Source: an uncultured Actinomycetota bacterium (GTDB taxonomy: Bacteria; Actinomycetota; Actinomycetes; Jiangellales; Jiangellaceae). From it: a stretch of 64,000 nt of DNA. The notes beneath the pieces are model-generated. The model was not told where the DNA came from, did no database searches, and saw nothing but the letters and a program-made list of their open reading frames with translations. Positions 38,771 to 47,761 of the stretch are shown in pieces; the first letter of the stretch is position 1; each line of letters begins with the position of its first letter. The stretch covers positions 99,263 through 163,262 of the forward strand of contig CAWCXA010000011.1 in the NCBI GenBank assembly GCA_963799425.1, written 5' to 3'. The translations under genes and the position numbers were made by a program.

Positions 38771-38809
38771 TGTCCACATGCGCTGTGAGGGCCCCTCGGC
38801 TGTCCACAG
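38771..38809 (+). promoter_or_regulatory. composite direct-repeat element TGTCCACATGC-N20-GTCCACAG (copy B, upstream of yraN-comM-dprA)
   Basis: Read directly as tTGTCCACATGCGctgtgagggcccctcggcTGTCCACAGtt. It ends 39-63 nt before the candidate yraN starts (38849, 38858, 38873). Confidence 0.6.
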
Positions 38810-38848
38810 TTGCGCGGTCTGATCTTCTCGCCATCCTTCTGCGCCGCG

Positions 38849-39232
38849 ATGGTGGTCGTGGAGGTGGTGCACGTGCGGGCCAAGGACGGGGTCGGATCCT
38901 ACGGCGAGAGGGTGGCCGAGCGGCACCTGATCGAGGCCGGGTTCACGGTGATCGACCGCAACTGGCGCTGTGACGTCGGGGAGGTCGATCTCGTGGCCTT
39001 CGACGGCGAGGACCTGGTGATCTGCGAGGTCAAGACACGCTCGTCTGATGCCTTTGGCGCGCCGCTCGAGGCGGTCACGCCCGTCAAGCTCCGCCGCTTG
39101 TGGCTGCTGGCCATGAGATACGCCGCCGCGCATGACGTTGCCTATCGACAGCTGCGAGTAGACGCCGTTGCCGTGCTCAGGCAGCGCAAGGGTGCGGCAG
39201 TCGTCGAGCACATCCGGGGGATCGGCTCATGA
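38849..39232 (+). CDS. YraN-family (UPF0102) endonuclease-like protein
   Basis: GERVAERHLIEAGFTVIDRNWRCDVGEVDLVAFDGEDLVICEVKTR. The start is uncertain (ATG 38849, GTG 38858 or 38873). The stop overlaps the comM start. Confidence 0.8.
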   Translation: MVVVEVVHVRAKDGVGSYGERVAERHLIEAGFTVIDRNWRCDVGEVDLVAFDGEDLVICEVKTRSSDAFGAPLEAVTPVKLRRLWLLAMRYAAAHDVAYRQLRVDAVAVLRQRKGAAVVEHIRGIGS

Positions 39233-40776
39233 CCGTGGCCCGCACGCACTGTGTCGCATTGCTCGGCATCGAAGGGCGCATGGTCGAGGTCGAGGCAGAT
39301 ATTGCCAATGGGATTCCAGGGTTCGTTCTCGTGGGGTTGCCCGACGCCACGCTCAACGAAGCGCGGGATCGGGTGCGATCGGCACTCGTCAACTCAGGCG
39401 AGGGATGGCCGCAGCGGCGGCGCACCGTGAGCCTCTCACCGGCCGACCTGCCCAAGAAGGGCAGTCACTTCGACCTGGCGATCGCGGTTGCCATTGCGGC
39501 CGCCGCCGGCACGGTGCCGCCGTCGGCGCTCGATGGCATGGTCTTCCTCGGCGAGCTGGGTCTCGACGGGCGAGCGAGGTCTGTTCCTGGCGTGTTGCCC
39601 GCCGTTCTGGCGTCGTCAAAGCGCGGCTTCACTCAGGTGGTTGTGCCCGAGGCCAATGCGGCCGAAGCCACGCTTCTGCCGGAGATGGCTGTGCTCGGGA
39701 TCCGGTCGCTTCGTCAGTTGCTAGCAGTGCTCCGTGGCGACCTGGTGCCGGACGAGCCGTCCGTTCCGACCGAGGAGGTCGTCTCCGAATCACCCCTGCC
39801 GCGGCTCTCGCTCGACATGGCCGACGTCGTGGGTCAGGCAACGGCACGGACGGCCGCAGAGGTGGCGGCCGCTGGGATGCACCACGTGATGATGATCGGG
39901 CCACCCGGATCGGGGAAGACGATGATCGCCGAGCGGCTGCCCGGCCTCCTGCCCGACCTCGATGCCGAGGAGGCGCTCGAGGTGACGGCAGTGCACTCGC
40001 TGGCCGGACTGTTGCACCCAGGGCAGCCGCTGGTGACGACGCCTCCATTCGCCGACCCGCACCACACCGCTTCCGTGGCCGCGATGGTTGGTGGTGGTTC
40101 GGGGGTCGCGCGCCCAGGTGCCGTCAGCCAGGCACATCGAGGAGTCCTGTTCATGGATGAGGCGCCGCAGTTCGGCGTTCGAGTGATCGATGCGCTGCGG
40201 GAGCCGCTGGAGAAAGGCGAGGTGCTCATGGCGCGCAGCCAGCGATCGATCCGGTTCCCGGCTCGCTTCCTGCTTGCGATGGCAGCCAATCCGTGTCCGT
40301 GTGGCTACTTCGGCCAACTGGACCACCCCTGTCAGTGTCTGCCCGACGCCGTGCGGCGCTACCGTCAGCGCATTTCCGGCCCGATCCGGGACCGCATCGA
40401 CCTCTGGGTCAAGGTCCCTTCCGTCAGAAGGTCTGCCCTCCTCGCAGGGCTCGGCCAGTCGGAGTCCAGCGTGACGGTTGCGGCGCGCGTTGCGGAGGCC
40501 CGGCTCCGGCAGCGACGGCGTTACACCGGGCTGCCGTGGCGGTGCAACGGCGACGTGCCAGGACCTGAGTTCCGCCGTCGTTGGCCGCTTTCCGCCGATG
40601 TTCTGGCCCCCGTCGAGGAAGCGCTACGCCTCGGGGAGCTCACCGCCCGCGGCGCCCATCGATCCATCCGGGTGGCCTGGACGGCGGCCGACCTGGCCGG
40701 GCGTAACCGACCGATCCTCGACGACACGGCGTTTGCTGTCGCCCAGCACCTCGAGACTCGGGCGGCCGCCGCATGA
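39229..40776 (+). CDS. comM: YifB/ComM-family Mg-chelatase-like AAA ATPase
   Basis: 515 aa. Lon-like N-domain, Walker A MIGPPGSGKTM, VLFMDEAPQF and a Cys cluster NPCPCGY...CQC. Confidence 0.9.
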   Translation: MTVARTHCVALLGIEGRMVEVEADIANGIPGFVLVGLPDATLNEARDRVRSALVNSGEGWPQRRRTVSLSPADLPKKGSHFDLAIAVAIAAAAGTVPPSALDGMVFLGELGLDGRARSVPGVLPAVLASSKRGFTQVVVPEANAAEATLLPEMAVLGIRSLRQLLAVLRGDLVPDEPSVPTEEVVSESPLPRLSLDMADVVGQATARTAAEVAAAGMHHVMMIGPPGSGKTMIAERLPGLLPDLDAEEALEVTAVHSLAGLLHPGQPLVTTPPFADPHHTASVAAMVGGGSGVARPGAVSQAHRGVLFMDEAPQFGVRVIDALREPLEKGEVLMARSQRSIRFPARFLLAMAANPCPCGYFGQLDHPCQCLPDAVRRYRQRISGPIRDRIDLWVKVPSVRRSALLAGLGQSESSVTVAARVAEARLRQRRRYTGLPWRCNGDVPGPEFRRRWPLSADVLAPVEEALRLGELTARGAHRSIRVAWTAADLAGRNRPILDDTAFAVAQHLETRAAAA

Positions 40777-41957
40777 CCGGGGCGGATCGGCCGGCGAGCT
40801 CACCCGACCTGCTCGAGGGGCAGGATGAGAGGCACGCACGCGCGCTCCTTACAGCGATCTGGGAGCCGGGAGACATCCCCTTCGGGCAGCGGGTGGCCGA
40901 GATCGGTGCCGTGCGCGTCGTCGCAGAGCTGCGCGACGGTTCACTGCCTCGGACCTCGACGGCTCGCCAAGGACTTGCCGCCGATCGCGCCCGGGTGATC
41001 AACGTCGCCGAGCTGCTCGATGCCGCCGCGCGCCGGGGCATCCGGTTCGTCATCCCCGGCGATGCCGAGTGGCCCGACTCCCTGGGCGTGCTCGACATGG
41101 TGAGCCTCGACAACATGGGCGGCCAGCCATACGGACTGTGGCTGCGTGGCCCGCTCGACCTGGCGGAGACATTGCGGCGATCGGTGTCAGTTGTGGGCGC
41201 GCGCGCCGCAAGTGCTTACGGAGAGCACGTCGCCACCGACGTGGCCGCCGGGTTGGCGGACCGGGGGGTGGCTGTCATGTCGGGGGCCGCCTACGGCATC
41301 GACTCGGCAGCTCATCGGGGCGCCCTCGCGGTCGGCGGGGCCACGATCGCGGTGCTGGCCTGCGGGGTCGACGTGATCTACCCGCGAGGTAACGCGAGTC
41401 TGCTAGGACGGGTCGCCGACGAGGGCCTCATCGTGAGCGAGGCGGCACCGGGTGCGACGCCCACGCGCCCGCGATTCCTGATTCGCAACCGCATCATTGC
41501 CGCGGCCACGCCTGGCACGGTCGTCGTGGAGGCAACTCCCCGGTCTGGCGCGCTAAACACGGCCAACTGGGCAGACAAATGCTCCCGCCAGGTCATGGGC
41601 GTCCCGGGCCCGGTGACATCGTCACTGTCGGCGGGTGTGCACGAGCGAATACGAAGCAGCGCCACGTTGGTGACCAGCAGCGCCGAGATCCTCGAGCTGA
41701 TCGGGCCCATTGGGACCGATACGGCGCCCGTGCCGAGGGGCCCGGAGCGTCCACGCGATGGTTTGCCGTCCGCGGCCGTCACCGTGCTCGAAGCAATGCC
41801 CAGCCGAGGTTGCGTCACGGTCGACGAGCTGTGCGCGACCACGCCGATCGCGCCGCGCGAGTGCATCGCGGCGCTGGGCTTGCTCATGGCTCGTGGGTTG
41901 GTGCAGTCCTCGCCCACCGGCTGGTCGCTCACCCGGCTGGCACGCACCGGAGGTTGA
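40773..41957 (+). CDS. dprA: DNA-processing protein DprA (Smf)
   Basis: 394 aa. VVGARAASAYGEHVA...MSGAAYGIDSAAHRGAL...RFLIRNRIIAA...GALNTA. Confidence 0.9.
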   Translation: MTGADRPASSPDLLEGQDERHARALLTAIWEPGDIPFGQRVAEIGAVRVVAELRDGSLPRTSTARQGLAADRARVINVAELLDAAARRGIRFVIPGDAEWPDSLGVLDMVSLDNMGGQPYGLWLRGPLDLAETLRRSVSVVGARAASAYGEHVATDVAAGLADRGVAVMSGAAYGIDSAAHRGALAVGGATIAVLACGVDVIYPRGNASLLGRVADEGLIVSEAAPGATPTRPRFLIRNRIIAAATPGTVVVEATPRSGALNTANWADKCSRQVMGVPGPVTSSLSAGVHERIRSSATLVTSSAEILELIGPIGTDTAPVPRGPERPRDGLPSAAVTVLEAMPSRGCVTVDELCATTPIAPRECIAALGLLMARGLVQSSPTGWSLTRLARTGG

Positions 41958-42127
41958 GCGCTCGTGGCGGGTGCACACCCGTGTGTTGCGGATCAAGACG
42001 TGCCGAGCGCCGTGACTGTTGCGAGGTCATGCCGTGCGCAGCCTCTGGATCCTCAAGCGGCAAACGACACGGCGCCAAGGGGGTGGCGGTTCTTGACCGT
42101 CCGCGCCACGGCGGCAACGGTGATCAT

Positions 42128-43090
42128 GTGAGCCGTGAGCCGAGCGAGCTGCCTGCATCGCTGCAACATGTCCTCGACGCATTCGTCCGGCACTTGGCGC
42201 AAGAACGCGATCGGTCGCCGCATACGCTCCGGGCCTACCGCGGAGACATCGCTTCGCTGCTCGACCACATGGTCCGGCTGCGGCATGACGATGTCTCCGC
42301 GCTCGACATCAGCGTTCTGCGGTCGTGGTTGGCTCGCCTTGCCTCCGAAGGTAGATCGCGAAGCACGCTCTCGCGACGGGCAGCGGCCGCCCGAGTCTTC
42401 TCCGCGTGGGGACACCGCACGGGCCTGCTCAGCACTGACCCGGGCGGTCAGCTCGCAACTCCCCGGCGAAGCAGGCCGCTTCCGGCTGTGCTCGAGGCAC
42501 GACAGGCACGTGACGTCCTACAAACTGCGGCTGAGGGCGCAGCCGCGGCGCCAGACACGGCATCTTTGCCGGCGGCCGCATTGGCGGTGGCAGTGCGAGA
42601 CAGTGCACTGCTCGAGCTGCTCTATGCCTCGGGCATCCGGGTCGGTGAGCTCGTGGGGCTAGACGTGGACGACATCGATCGTGGGCGTCGCGTGGTGCGC
42701 GTCCTGGGCAAGGGGCGCAAGGAGCGGACAGTGCCGTACGGCGCGCCGGCTGCGGCCGCGCTGGAGACGTGGCTGCGCAGCGGCCGGCCGCTGCTTGCGA
42801 GGGAAGCCAGCGGTCCGGCTCTCTTTCTCGGCCTACGTGGCCGACGCTTGGACCCGCGCACCGTCCGCCGTGTCGTGCACGCAGCAATGCAAGCGCTCGA
42901 CGGTGTGCCCGACCTAGGGCCGCACGGCTTGCGTCACTCGGCCGCGACCCACCTGCTCGAAGGTGGTGCCGACTTGCGAAGCGTCCAAGAGATGCTCGGG
43001 CATGCTTCGTTGGCGACCACCCAGATCTATACACACGTGTCTGTCGAGCGGCTGCGGCGCGCCTATGCGCAAGCCCACCCGCGTGCCTGA
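42128..43090 (+). CDS. xerC: tyrosine recombinase XerC
   Basis: ORF trimmed to GTG 42128. SPHTLRAYRGDI, ELLYASGIRVGELVGLD, GKGRKERTVP, HGLRHSAATHLLEGGADLR and LGHASLATTQIYTHV. Confidence 0.9.
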   Translation: MSREPSELPASLQHVLDAFVRHLAQERDRSPHTLRAYRGDIASLLDHMVRLRHDDVSALDISVLRSWLARLASEGRSRSTLSRRAAAARVFSAWGHRTGLLSTDPGGQLATPRRSRPLPAVLEARQARDVLQTAAEGAAAAPDTASLPAAALAVAVRDSALLELLYASGIRVGELVGLDVDDIDRGRRVVRVLGKGRKERTVPYGAPAAAALETWLRSGRPLLAREASGPALFLGLRGRRLDPRTVRRVVHAAMQALDGVPDLGPHGLRHSAATHLLEGGADLRSVQEMLGHASLATTQIYTHVSVERLRRAYAQAHPRA

Positions 43091-43111
43091 GCGAGCCACG
43101 CCACCGAGCGG

Positions 43112-44611
43112 TCATCGCTCAACGGAGGCGTCGTCGGGCACCCCCGCGACGACCGCGGCGATGTTGTGCTGCGACTCGGTGCCCGCGTCGAGGTAACTCG
43201 AGTGCCCGGTGATGCGCTCACGTTCCGCGGTACCGTCCGTCTCGAGCCGGATCGCGCCGAATGCTTCCTCACCCGGGTCGGCACCGAAGCGGCTCAGCAT
43301 CGCAATCCAGTCGCGGTCGGCCTCCGCGACATAGACCGCACCGTCGTCGAGCCGGACGTCGTCGGCTTCGTCAACGCCGATGCCGGGTGACCCGAGCAGG
43401 ACCAGGTCATCGACCCCGTGATGGGCGACGCCCAACGTCTGCCCGGCGACCAAGGATCCGTACGAGTGCCCGATCACGGTGACGTGCGAGTCGCGCCCTG
43501 CCACCAGCGCCCGCTGCGCGAGGCCGTCCAGCGTGCCGCGCAAGAGGGTCGATCCGGCTCGTGCAGACTTCGTGAACGCGGCTTCCAGACCCTGCGGGGT
43601 TTTGTAGCCCAACCAGGCGATCACCGCGACCGGCCCCGACGTCATTCTTGTCGCTGTCCGCTGCAGCGCCTCAGCCTTGCCGACGAGGGAGTCCAGGTCG
43701 GCCGAGACGGTCGTCGACATGCCCGGCACCAGCAGCGCGACATGTCGGGCCGTCTCGGGATTGCCGACGGACACGACGGCGTGGCCGCGCGCCGGATCGA
43801 ACGCCACCAGCAACCGATCCGGGTGGCCCGTCACCTGCGACCCCACCCGCTCGAGCAGCTCGAGCCGATCAGCCAACGCGATCAGGTGCTGAAGGGTCTC
43901 TCTCATGCCCGGCTGCGCCGCGGATCGCAGCTCGGCGAGCGCCTGCGAACGGGACTCACGCAGGAGGCGTCGGTTGGCCCGATCTCGAACTGTTGCCGGC
44001 AGACCGTCCAGCGTGCCGAGCCAGCTGGGAGCGTCACGCCGAAGGTCTTGGCGACGGGAAGGCGGCAGTGCCGCCCACCACTCCGCCACCTGGCCAGCCG
44101 CGCGGACGCCGCCGAGTGGCCGCGACATCGCGATGGGACAACCGGCAACGACTTCGCTCGGCGGCCACGTCGTCGACCAGCGCGGCACATCGGCGACGAG
44201 GACTCGGTTCAATGCCTGCAGCCGATCGACTAGTGCGATAACCCCTGTCGCGACGACTCGCTCCGCATCGTTGGCGAGCTCGTCTGCGGCACCCGCCGGG
44301 AACACCGGCCCACCGGCGGAGTCCCGAGCGACCTGCGCCAGCTCGCGAGCTCGATCGAGCTGTTGGCCGCCAGCTCGGACGACCGCGGCAACGCGTCGTG
44401 ACTCGACCTCGACCGCACGAACCGCGTCGTGCAGTCGGGCCAGGGGCCACGCCGCTGCGTCGGCCGCGGCTCCAGCCCAGCCCTGCGTGAGCGTCGAGAT
44501 GGCGATGCGGAGCAGGGCGACAAGATCCGCCAGGCGGTCGGCTTCGGTGCCTAGTAGCCGAGCGGCGTTGTGCAGCTGCTCGGGCGGCCCGAGGCCGAGG
44601 GCGCGACTCAT
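43112..44611 (-). CDS. alpha/beta hydrolase (DUF1023-like) with N-terminal WXG100-like helical domain
   Basis: 499 aa. The N-terminus is a helix-turn-helix with a W-x-G motif (TLTQGWAGAAADAA). The C-terminal hydrolase has the nucleophile elbow VIGHSYGS. Confidence 0.75.
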   Translation of the reverse strand: MSRALGLGPPEQLHNAARLLGTEADRLADLVALLRIAISTLTQGWAGAAADAAAWPLARLHDAVRAVEVESRRVAAVVRAGGQQLDRARELAQVARDSAGGPVFPAGAADELANDAERVVATGVIALVDRLQALNRVLVADVPRWSTTWPPSEVVAGCPIAMSRPLGGVRAAGQVAEWWAALPPSRRQDLRRDAPSWLGTLDGLPATVRDRANRRLLRESRSQALAELRSAAQPGMRETLQHLIALADRLELLERVGSQVTGHPDRLLVAFDPARGHAVVSVGNPETARHVALLVPGMSTTVSADLDSLVGKAEALQRTATRMTSGPVAVIAWLGYKTPQGLEAAFTKSARAGSTLLRGTLDGLAQRALVAGRDSHVTVIGHSYGSLVAGQTLGVAHHGVDDLVLLGSPGIGVDEADDVRLDDGAVYVAEADRDWIAMLSRFGADPGEEAFGAIRLETDGTAERERITGHSSYLDAGTESQHNIAAVVAGVPDDASVER

Positions 44612-44874
44612 CTCGTTGCGGCTCGCCGATCGGCGGATTCGTAGCCGTCCGCAGCCCAGTCGAGCCGAGCACTCAGAGAGACGATGCGGAGCACCAGCCG
44701 GGTGCCGACGTCGTCCACGTCAGCTCCGGTGATGTGCGCGCCAAGGCGCGGCAGCGCGTCCACGATGAGTGCGAGCGCGCGTTCCGGCCGAGGCTCGCCG
44801 ATCCGGTCGGTGCCCTGGCGAAGCCGGTGTGCCACGGCCCGCAGCAGTGCCGGGTCGGCCGAGAACCCATTCAC
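44608..44874 (-). CDS. small helical protein (88 aa), possibly ESX/EspC-like secretion-associated
   Basis: GTG 44874 preceded by GGAGG. VNGFSADPALLRAVAHRLRQGTDRI.... The start overlaps the M23 stop (GTGA) and the stop overlaps the hydrolase start (ATGA). The family assignment is weak. Confidence 0.5.
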   Translation of the reverse strand: MNGFSADPALLRAVAHRLRQGTDRIGEPRPERALALIVDALPRLGAHITGADVDDVGTRLVLRIVSLSARLDWAADGYESADRRAATR

Positions 44875-45419
44875 CGCGACCTCCGCCCGAGCACTGCTCC
44901 CTGGATTGGCAGCAGTCGCACCCGGAGGTGCCCGAAGAGCAGTCGCGGATCGAGGTAGAGCGACCCTCGCCGCAAGCCGAAATGCAGGCAGGCGGCCGGC
45001 GCGCAGTGACCGCCACGATCTTCGATCGTGCCGATGACGGTCGCGACCGTGACAAGGTCGCCTCGGCCGACCTGGGCAGCCACGGGCTCGTACGTGGTGG
45101 TCAGCGGCCCGTGGCTGATGGACACGACGCCCCGTCCGGCGACCACGCCCGCGAACCGCACAACGCCGGTGCCCGCCGCGCGCACCGGGGTGCCGACCGG
45201 GGACTGCAGGTCGAGTCCGCGGTGACCGGACAGCCAGGGCAGCGGTGGTGGCGCGAAGTCCCGAACCACATCCGGCGGACTCGTGGGCCACATCCAGCCG
45301 GCGGCCGACGCCGGCTGAGTCACCCGGATCGCCGCGCTTGGCATCGCCGGCAGCACGGCCGTGACGAGCGCGAGGGCAACGAGCCCCAGTGTTCTCCGGG
45401 CGGTTAGGGACGATCTCAT
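44871..45419 (-). CDS. secreted M23-family metallopeptidase
   Basis: Only the last 182 codons of the 809-aa track ORF are used. Signal peptide MRSSLTARRTLGLVALALVTAVL, then HRGLDLQSPVGTPVRAAGTGVV...HCAPAACLHFGLR. Conserved position divergent from rpsB. Confidence 0.85.
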   Translation of the reverse strand: MRSSLTARRTLGLVALALVTAVLPAMPSAAIRVTQPASAAGWMWPTSPPDVVRDFAPPPLPWLSGHRGLDLQSPVGTPVRAAGTGVVRFAGVVAGRGVVSISHGPLTTTYEPVAAQVGRGDLVTVATVIGTIEDRGGHCAPAACLHFGLRRGSLYLDPRLLFGHLRVRLLPIQGAVLGRRSR

Positions 45420-45470
45420 GCTTTCGAGCGTCCGCCCGGCTTGATCATGAGGACAGTGCTCCGAGTGGCT

Positions 45471-45509
45471 CTGTGGACGTGGGCCGCTGTCGGACGCGGC
45501 ATGTGGACA
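45471..45509 (-). promoter_or_regulatory. composite direct-repeat element TGTCCACATGC-N20-GTCCACAG (copy C, upstream of the M23 peptidase operon)
   Basis: The minus strand reads cTGTCCACATGCCgcgtccgacagcggcccacGTCCACAGag. It ends 51 nt before the M23 ATG (45419). Confidence 0.6.
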
Positions 45510-45755
45510 GGCCGCCCACCGGCCCGTTGGACCCCTGCCCGCGTACTCCCGTACACTCAGGGGGCGACCCGTGCACCATGGGTCGACTTCGCACGCCCTG
45601 GGCCAGTTCGGTCCGCACCCGCGTGCCCCAACGGTCCCCGGCGCCAGCCGGGGCGGGGTTCGTACGAGGGCGTCAGGCGCGGCGGCCGACCGGTCGTCGC
45701 GAGGAACCGAGTGCGTCGGCCCCATGGGTCGGCGCGGAGGAGGTAGCGCACGGCT

Positions 45756-46757
45756 ATGGCCGTCGTCACCATGAAGCAGCTGCTCGAGAGCGGCGTGCAC
45801 TTCGGGCACCAGACCCGCCGTTGGAACCCGAAGATGAAGCGCTTCATCTTCACCGAGCGCAACGGCATCTACATCATCGACCTGCAGCAGTCGCTGTCCT
45901 ACATCGACCGCGCCTTCGAGTTCATCAAGGAGACTGTGGCCCACGGCGGCTCGGTCCTCTTCGTGGGCACCAAGAAGCAGGCGCAGGAGGCGGTCCGCGA
46001 GCAGGCGACCCGCGTCGGCATGCCCTACGTCACCGAGCGCTGGCTCGGCGGCATGCTCACCAACTTCCAGACCGTCCACAAGCGTCTCCAGCGGCTCAAG
46101 GAGCTCGAGGAGATGAACTTCGACGACGTTGCCGGCTCCGGGTTCACCAAGAAGGAGCTGCTCCAGCGCCGCCGCGAGAAGGAGAAGCTGGAGAAGACGC
46201 TGGGCGGCATCCGCGACATGCAGCGCGTGCCGAGCGCCGTCTGGGTGGTCGACACCAAGAAGGAGCACCTGGCCATCAACGAGGCGCGCAAGCTGGGCAT
46301 CCCGGTTGTCGCGATCCTCGACACCAACTGCGACCCCGACGAGGTCGACTACCCGATCCCGGGCAACGACGACGCCATTCGCGCCGTCACGCTGCTGACG
46401 CGGGTTGTCGCTGACGGTGTCGCCGAGGGTCTCATCGCCCGTGCCGGCCGTGGCCAGGCCGACGAGAAGCCGGCCGAGGGTGACCTCGCCACCGACGAGC
46501 CGCTGGCCGAGTGGGAGCAGGAGCTCCTTGGCGGCAGGGCCGCTGAGGCTCCCGCCGCCGAGGCTCCCGCCGCCGAGGCTGCGACCGCCGAGTCTGCGAC
46601 CGAGGACGCCGAGATCACGTCCGGGGCCGAGACTGAGAAGGTTGCCGACCTCGACAGCGAGACCGTCGACCAGGACGTGGCCGAGACTGTCGCCGAAGAC
46701 GTGGCAGCGGCCACCGCGCCAGCCGAGCCGGACAACGCAGCAGGTGAGCAGGCCTGA
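45756..46757 (+). CDS. rpsB: 30S ribosomal protein S2 with acidic Ala/Glu-rich C-terminal extension
   Basis: 333 aa. [43 protein letters not shown]. Confidence 0.95.
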   Translation: MAVVTMKQLLESGVHFGHQTRRWNPKMKRFIFTERNGIYIIDLQQSLSYIDRAFEFIKETVAHGGSVLFVGTKKQAQEAVREQATRVGMPYVTERWLGGMLTNFQTVHKRLQRLKELEEMNFDDVAGSGFTKKELLQRRREKEKLEKTLGGIRDMQRVPSAVWVVDTKKEHLAINEARKLGIPVVAILDTNCDPDEVDYPIPGNDDAIRAVTLLTRVVADGVAEGLIARAGRGQADEKPAEGDLATDEPLAEWEQELLGGRAAEAPAAEAPAAEAATAESATEDAEITSGAETEKVADLDSETVDQDVAETVAEDVAAATAPAEPDNAAGEQA

Positions 46758-46765
46758 TGCACGAT

Positions 46766-46808
46766 GACGGCAGCGGTGCCTCGCAGCAGTGCGGGTGCCG
46801 CTGCCGTC
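46766..46808 (+). other. stem-loop in the rpsB-tsf intergenic region
   Basis: 11-bp stem GACGGCAGCGG / CCGCTGCCGTC with a 21-nt loop. It begins 9 nt after the rpsB stop. Confidence 0.4.
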
Positions 46809-46866
46809 GCATGTGCGCAGTCGTACGTACATACGCTGCGACCCTAAGAACAAGAGGAAGCGAGAG

Positions 46867-47685
46867 ATGGCGAACTTCACCGCCGCCGACGTCAAGAAGC
46901 TCCGGGACGCCACGGGCGCCGGCATGATGGACGCGAAGAGGGCGCTCGAAGAGACCAACGGCGACTTCGAGGCCGCCGGCGAGGTGCTGCGCGTCAAGGG
47001 TGCGGCCAAGGCCGCCAAGCGCGGCGCGGAGCGCACCGCCAGCAACGGCCTCGTGGCCGCGGCTGAGGGCGCGCTGATCCAGCTCAACTGCGAGACCGAC
47101 TTCGTCGCCAAGAACGAGCAGGTCCAGCAGCTCGCCGCCGACATCGTCACGCACGCCTGGGCGGCCAAGCCGGCCGACAAGGAGGCGCTGCTCGCCGAGG
47201 TGCTCGCCGACGGTCGCACCGTCGCCGACAACATCATCTCCGCCAGCTCGGTCATCGGCGAGAAGATCGAGCTCGCGGACGCCGCCATCTTCGATGGCAA
47301 GGTTGCCGCCTACATGCACCGTCGGGCCTCCGACCTGCCGCCGCAGGTTGGTGTGCTGGTGGAGTTCGACGGTGACGACATCGAGGCCGCGCGCGGTGTC
47401 GCGATGCAGGTCGCCTCGATGCGCCCGCGGTACGTCACCCGCGACGAGGTGCCCGCCGATGTCGTCGAGCACGAGCGCCGCATCGCCGAGGCGACCACCC
47501 GCGAGGAGGGCAAGCCCGAGCAGGCGATCGCAAAGATCACCGAGGGCCGCCTCAACGGCTTCTTCAAGGAGGTCGTGCTGCTGGAGCAGGAGTCGGTGCG
47601 GGACTCCAAGAAGTCAGTCAAGGCGCTCGCCGACGAGGCGGGCATCACCGTCAAGCGGTTCGCGCGCTTCGAGGTCGGCGCCTGA
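46867..47685 (+). CDS. tsf: translation elongation factor Ts
   Basis: ORF trimmed to ATG 46867. [37 protein letters not shown]. Confidence 0.95.
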   Translation: MANFTAADVKKLRDATGAGMMDAKRALEETNGDFEAAGEVLRVKGAAKAAKRGAERTASNGLVAAAEGALIQLNCETDFVAKNEQVQQLAADIVTHAWAAKPADKEALLAEVLADGRTVADNIISASSVIGEKIELADAAIFDGKVAAYMHRRASDLPPQVGVLVEFDGDDIEAARGVAMQVASMRPRYVTRDEVPADVVEHERRIAEATTREEGKPEQAIAKITEGRLNGFFKEVVLLEQESVRDSKKSVKALADEAGITVKRFARFEVGA

Positions 47686-47761
47686 CCAGTCCGCCGAGCG
47701 CCTGAGGCAAACCGTACGGAGCAACCAACGCGTGGAGGCCGGTGTCGTGGAGGTAACCGAG

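Noticed and set aside
42128-43090. Tyrosine recombinase as a marker of an integrated mobile element
   Set aside because: The sequence and its position after dprA match chromosomal XerC. There are no att-like repeats, phage genes or tRNA flanks.
44871-47300. 809-aa minus-strand ORF spanning the rpsB-tsf region
   Set aside because: Only its last 182 codons (44871-45419) are protein-like (M23 peptidase). The remainder is the stop-free antisense frame of rpsB and tsf, which is typical of high-GC DNA.
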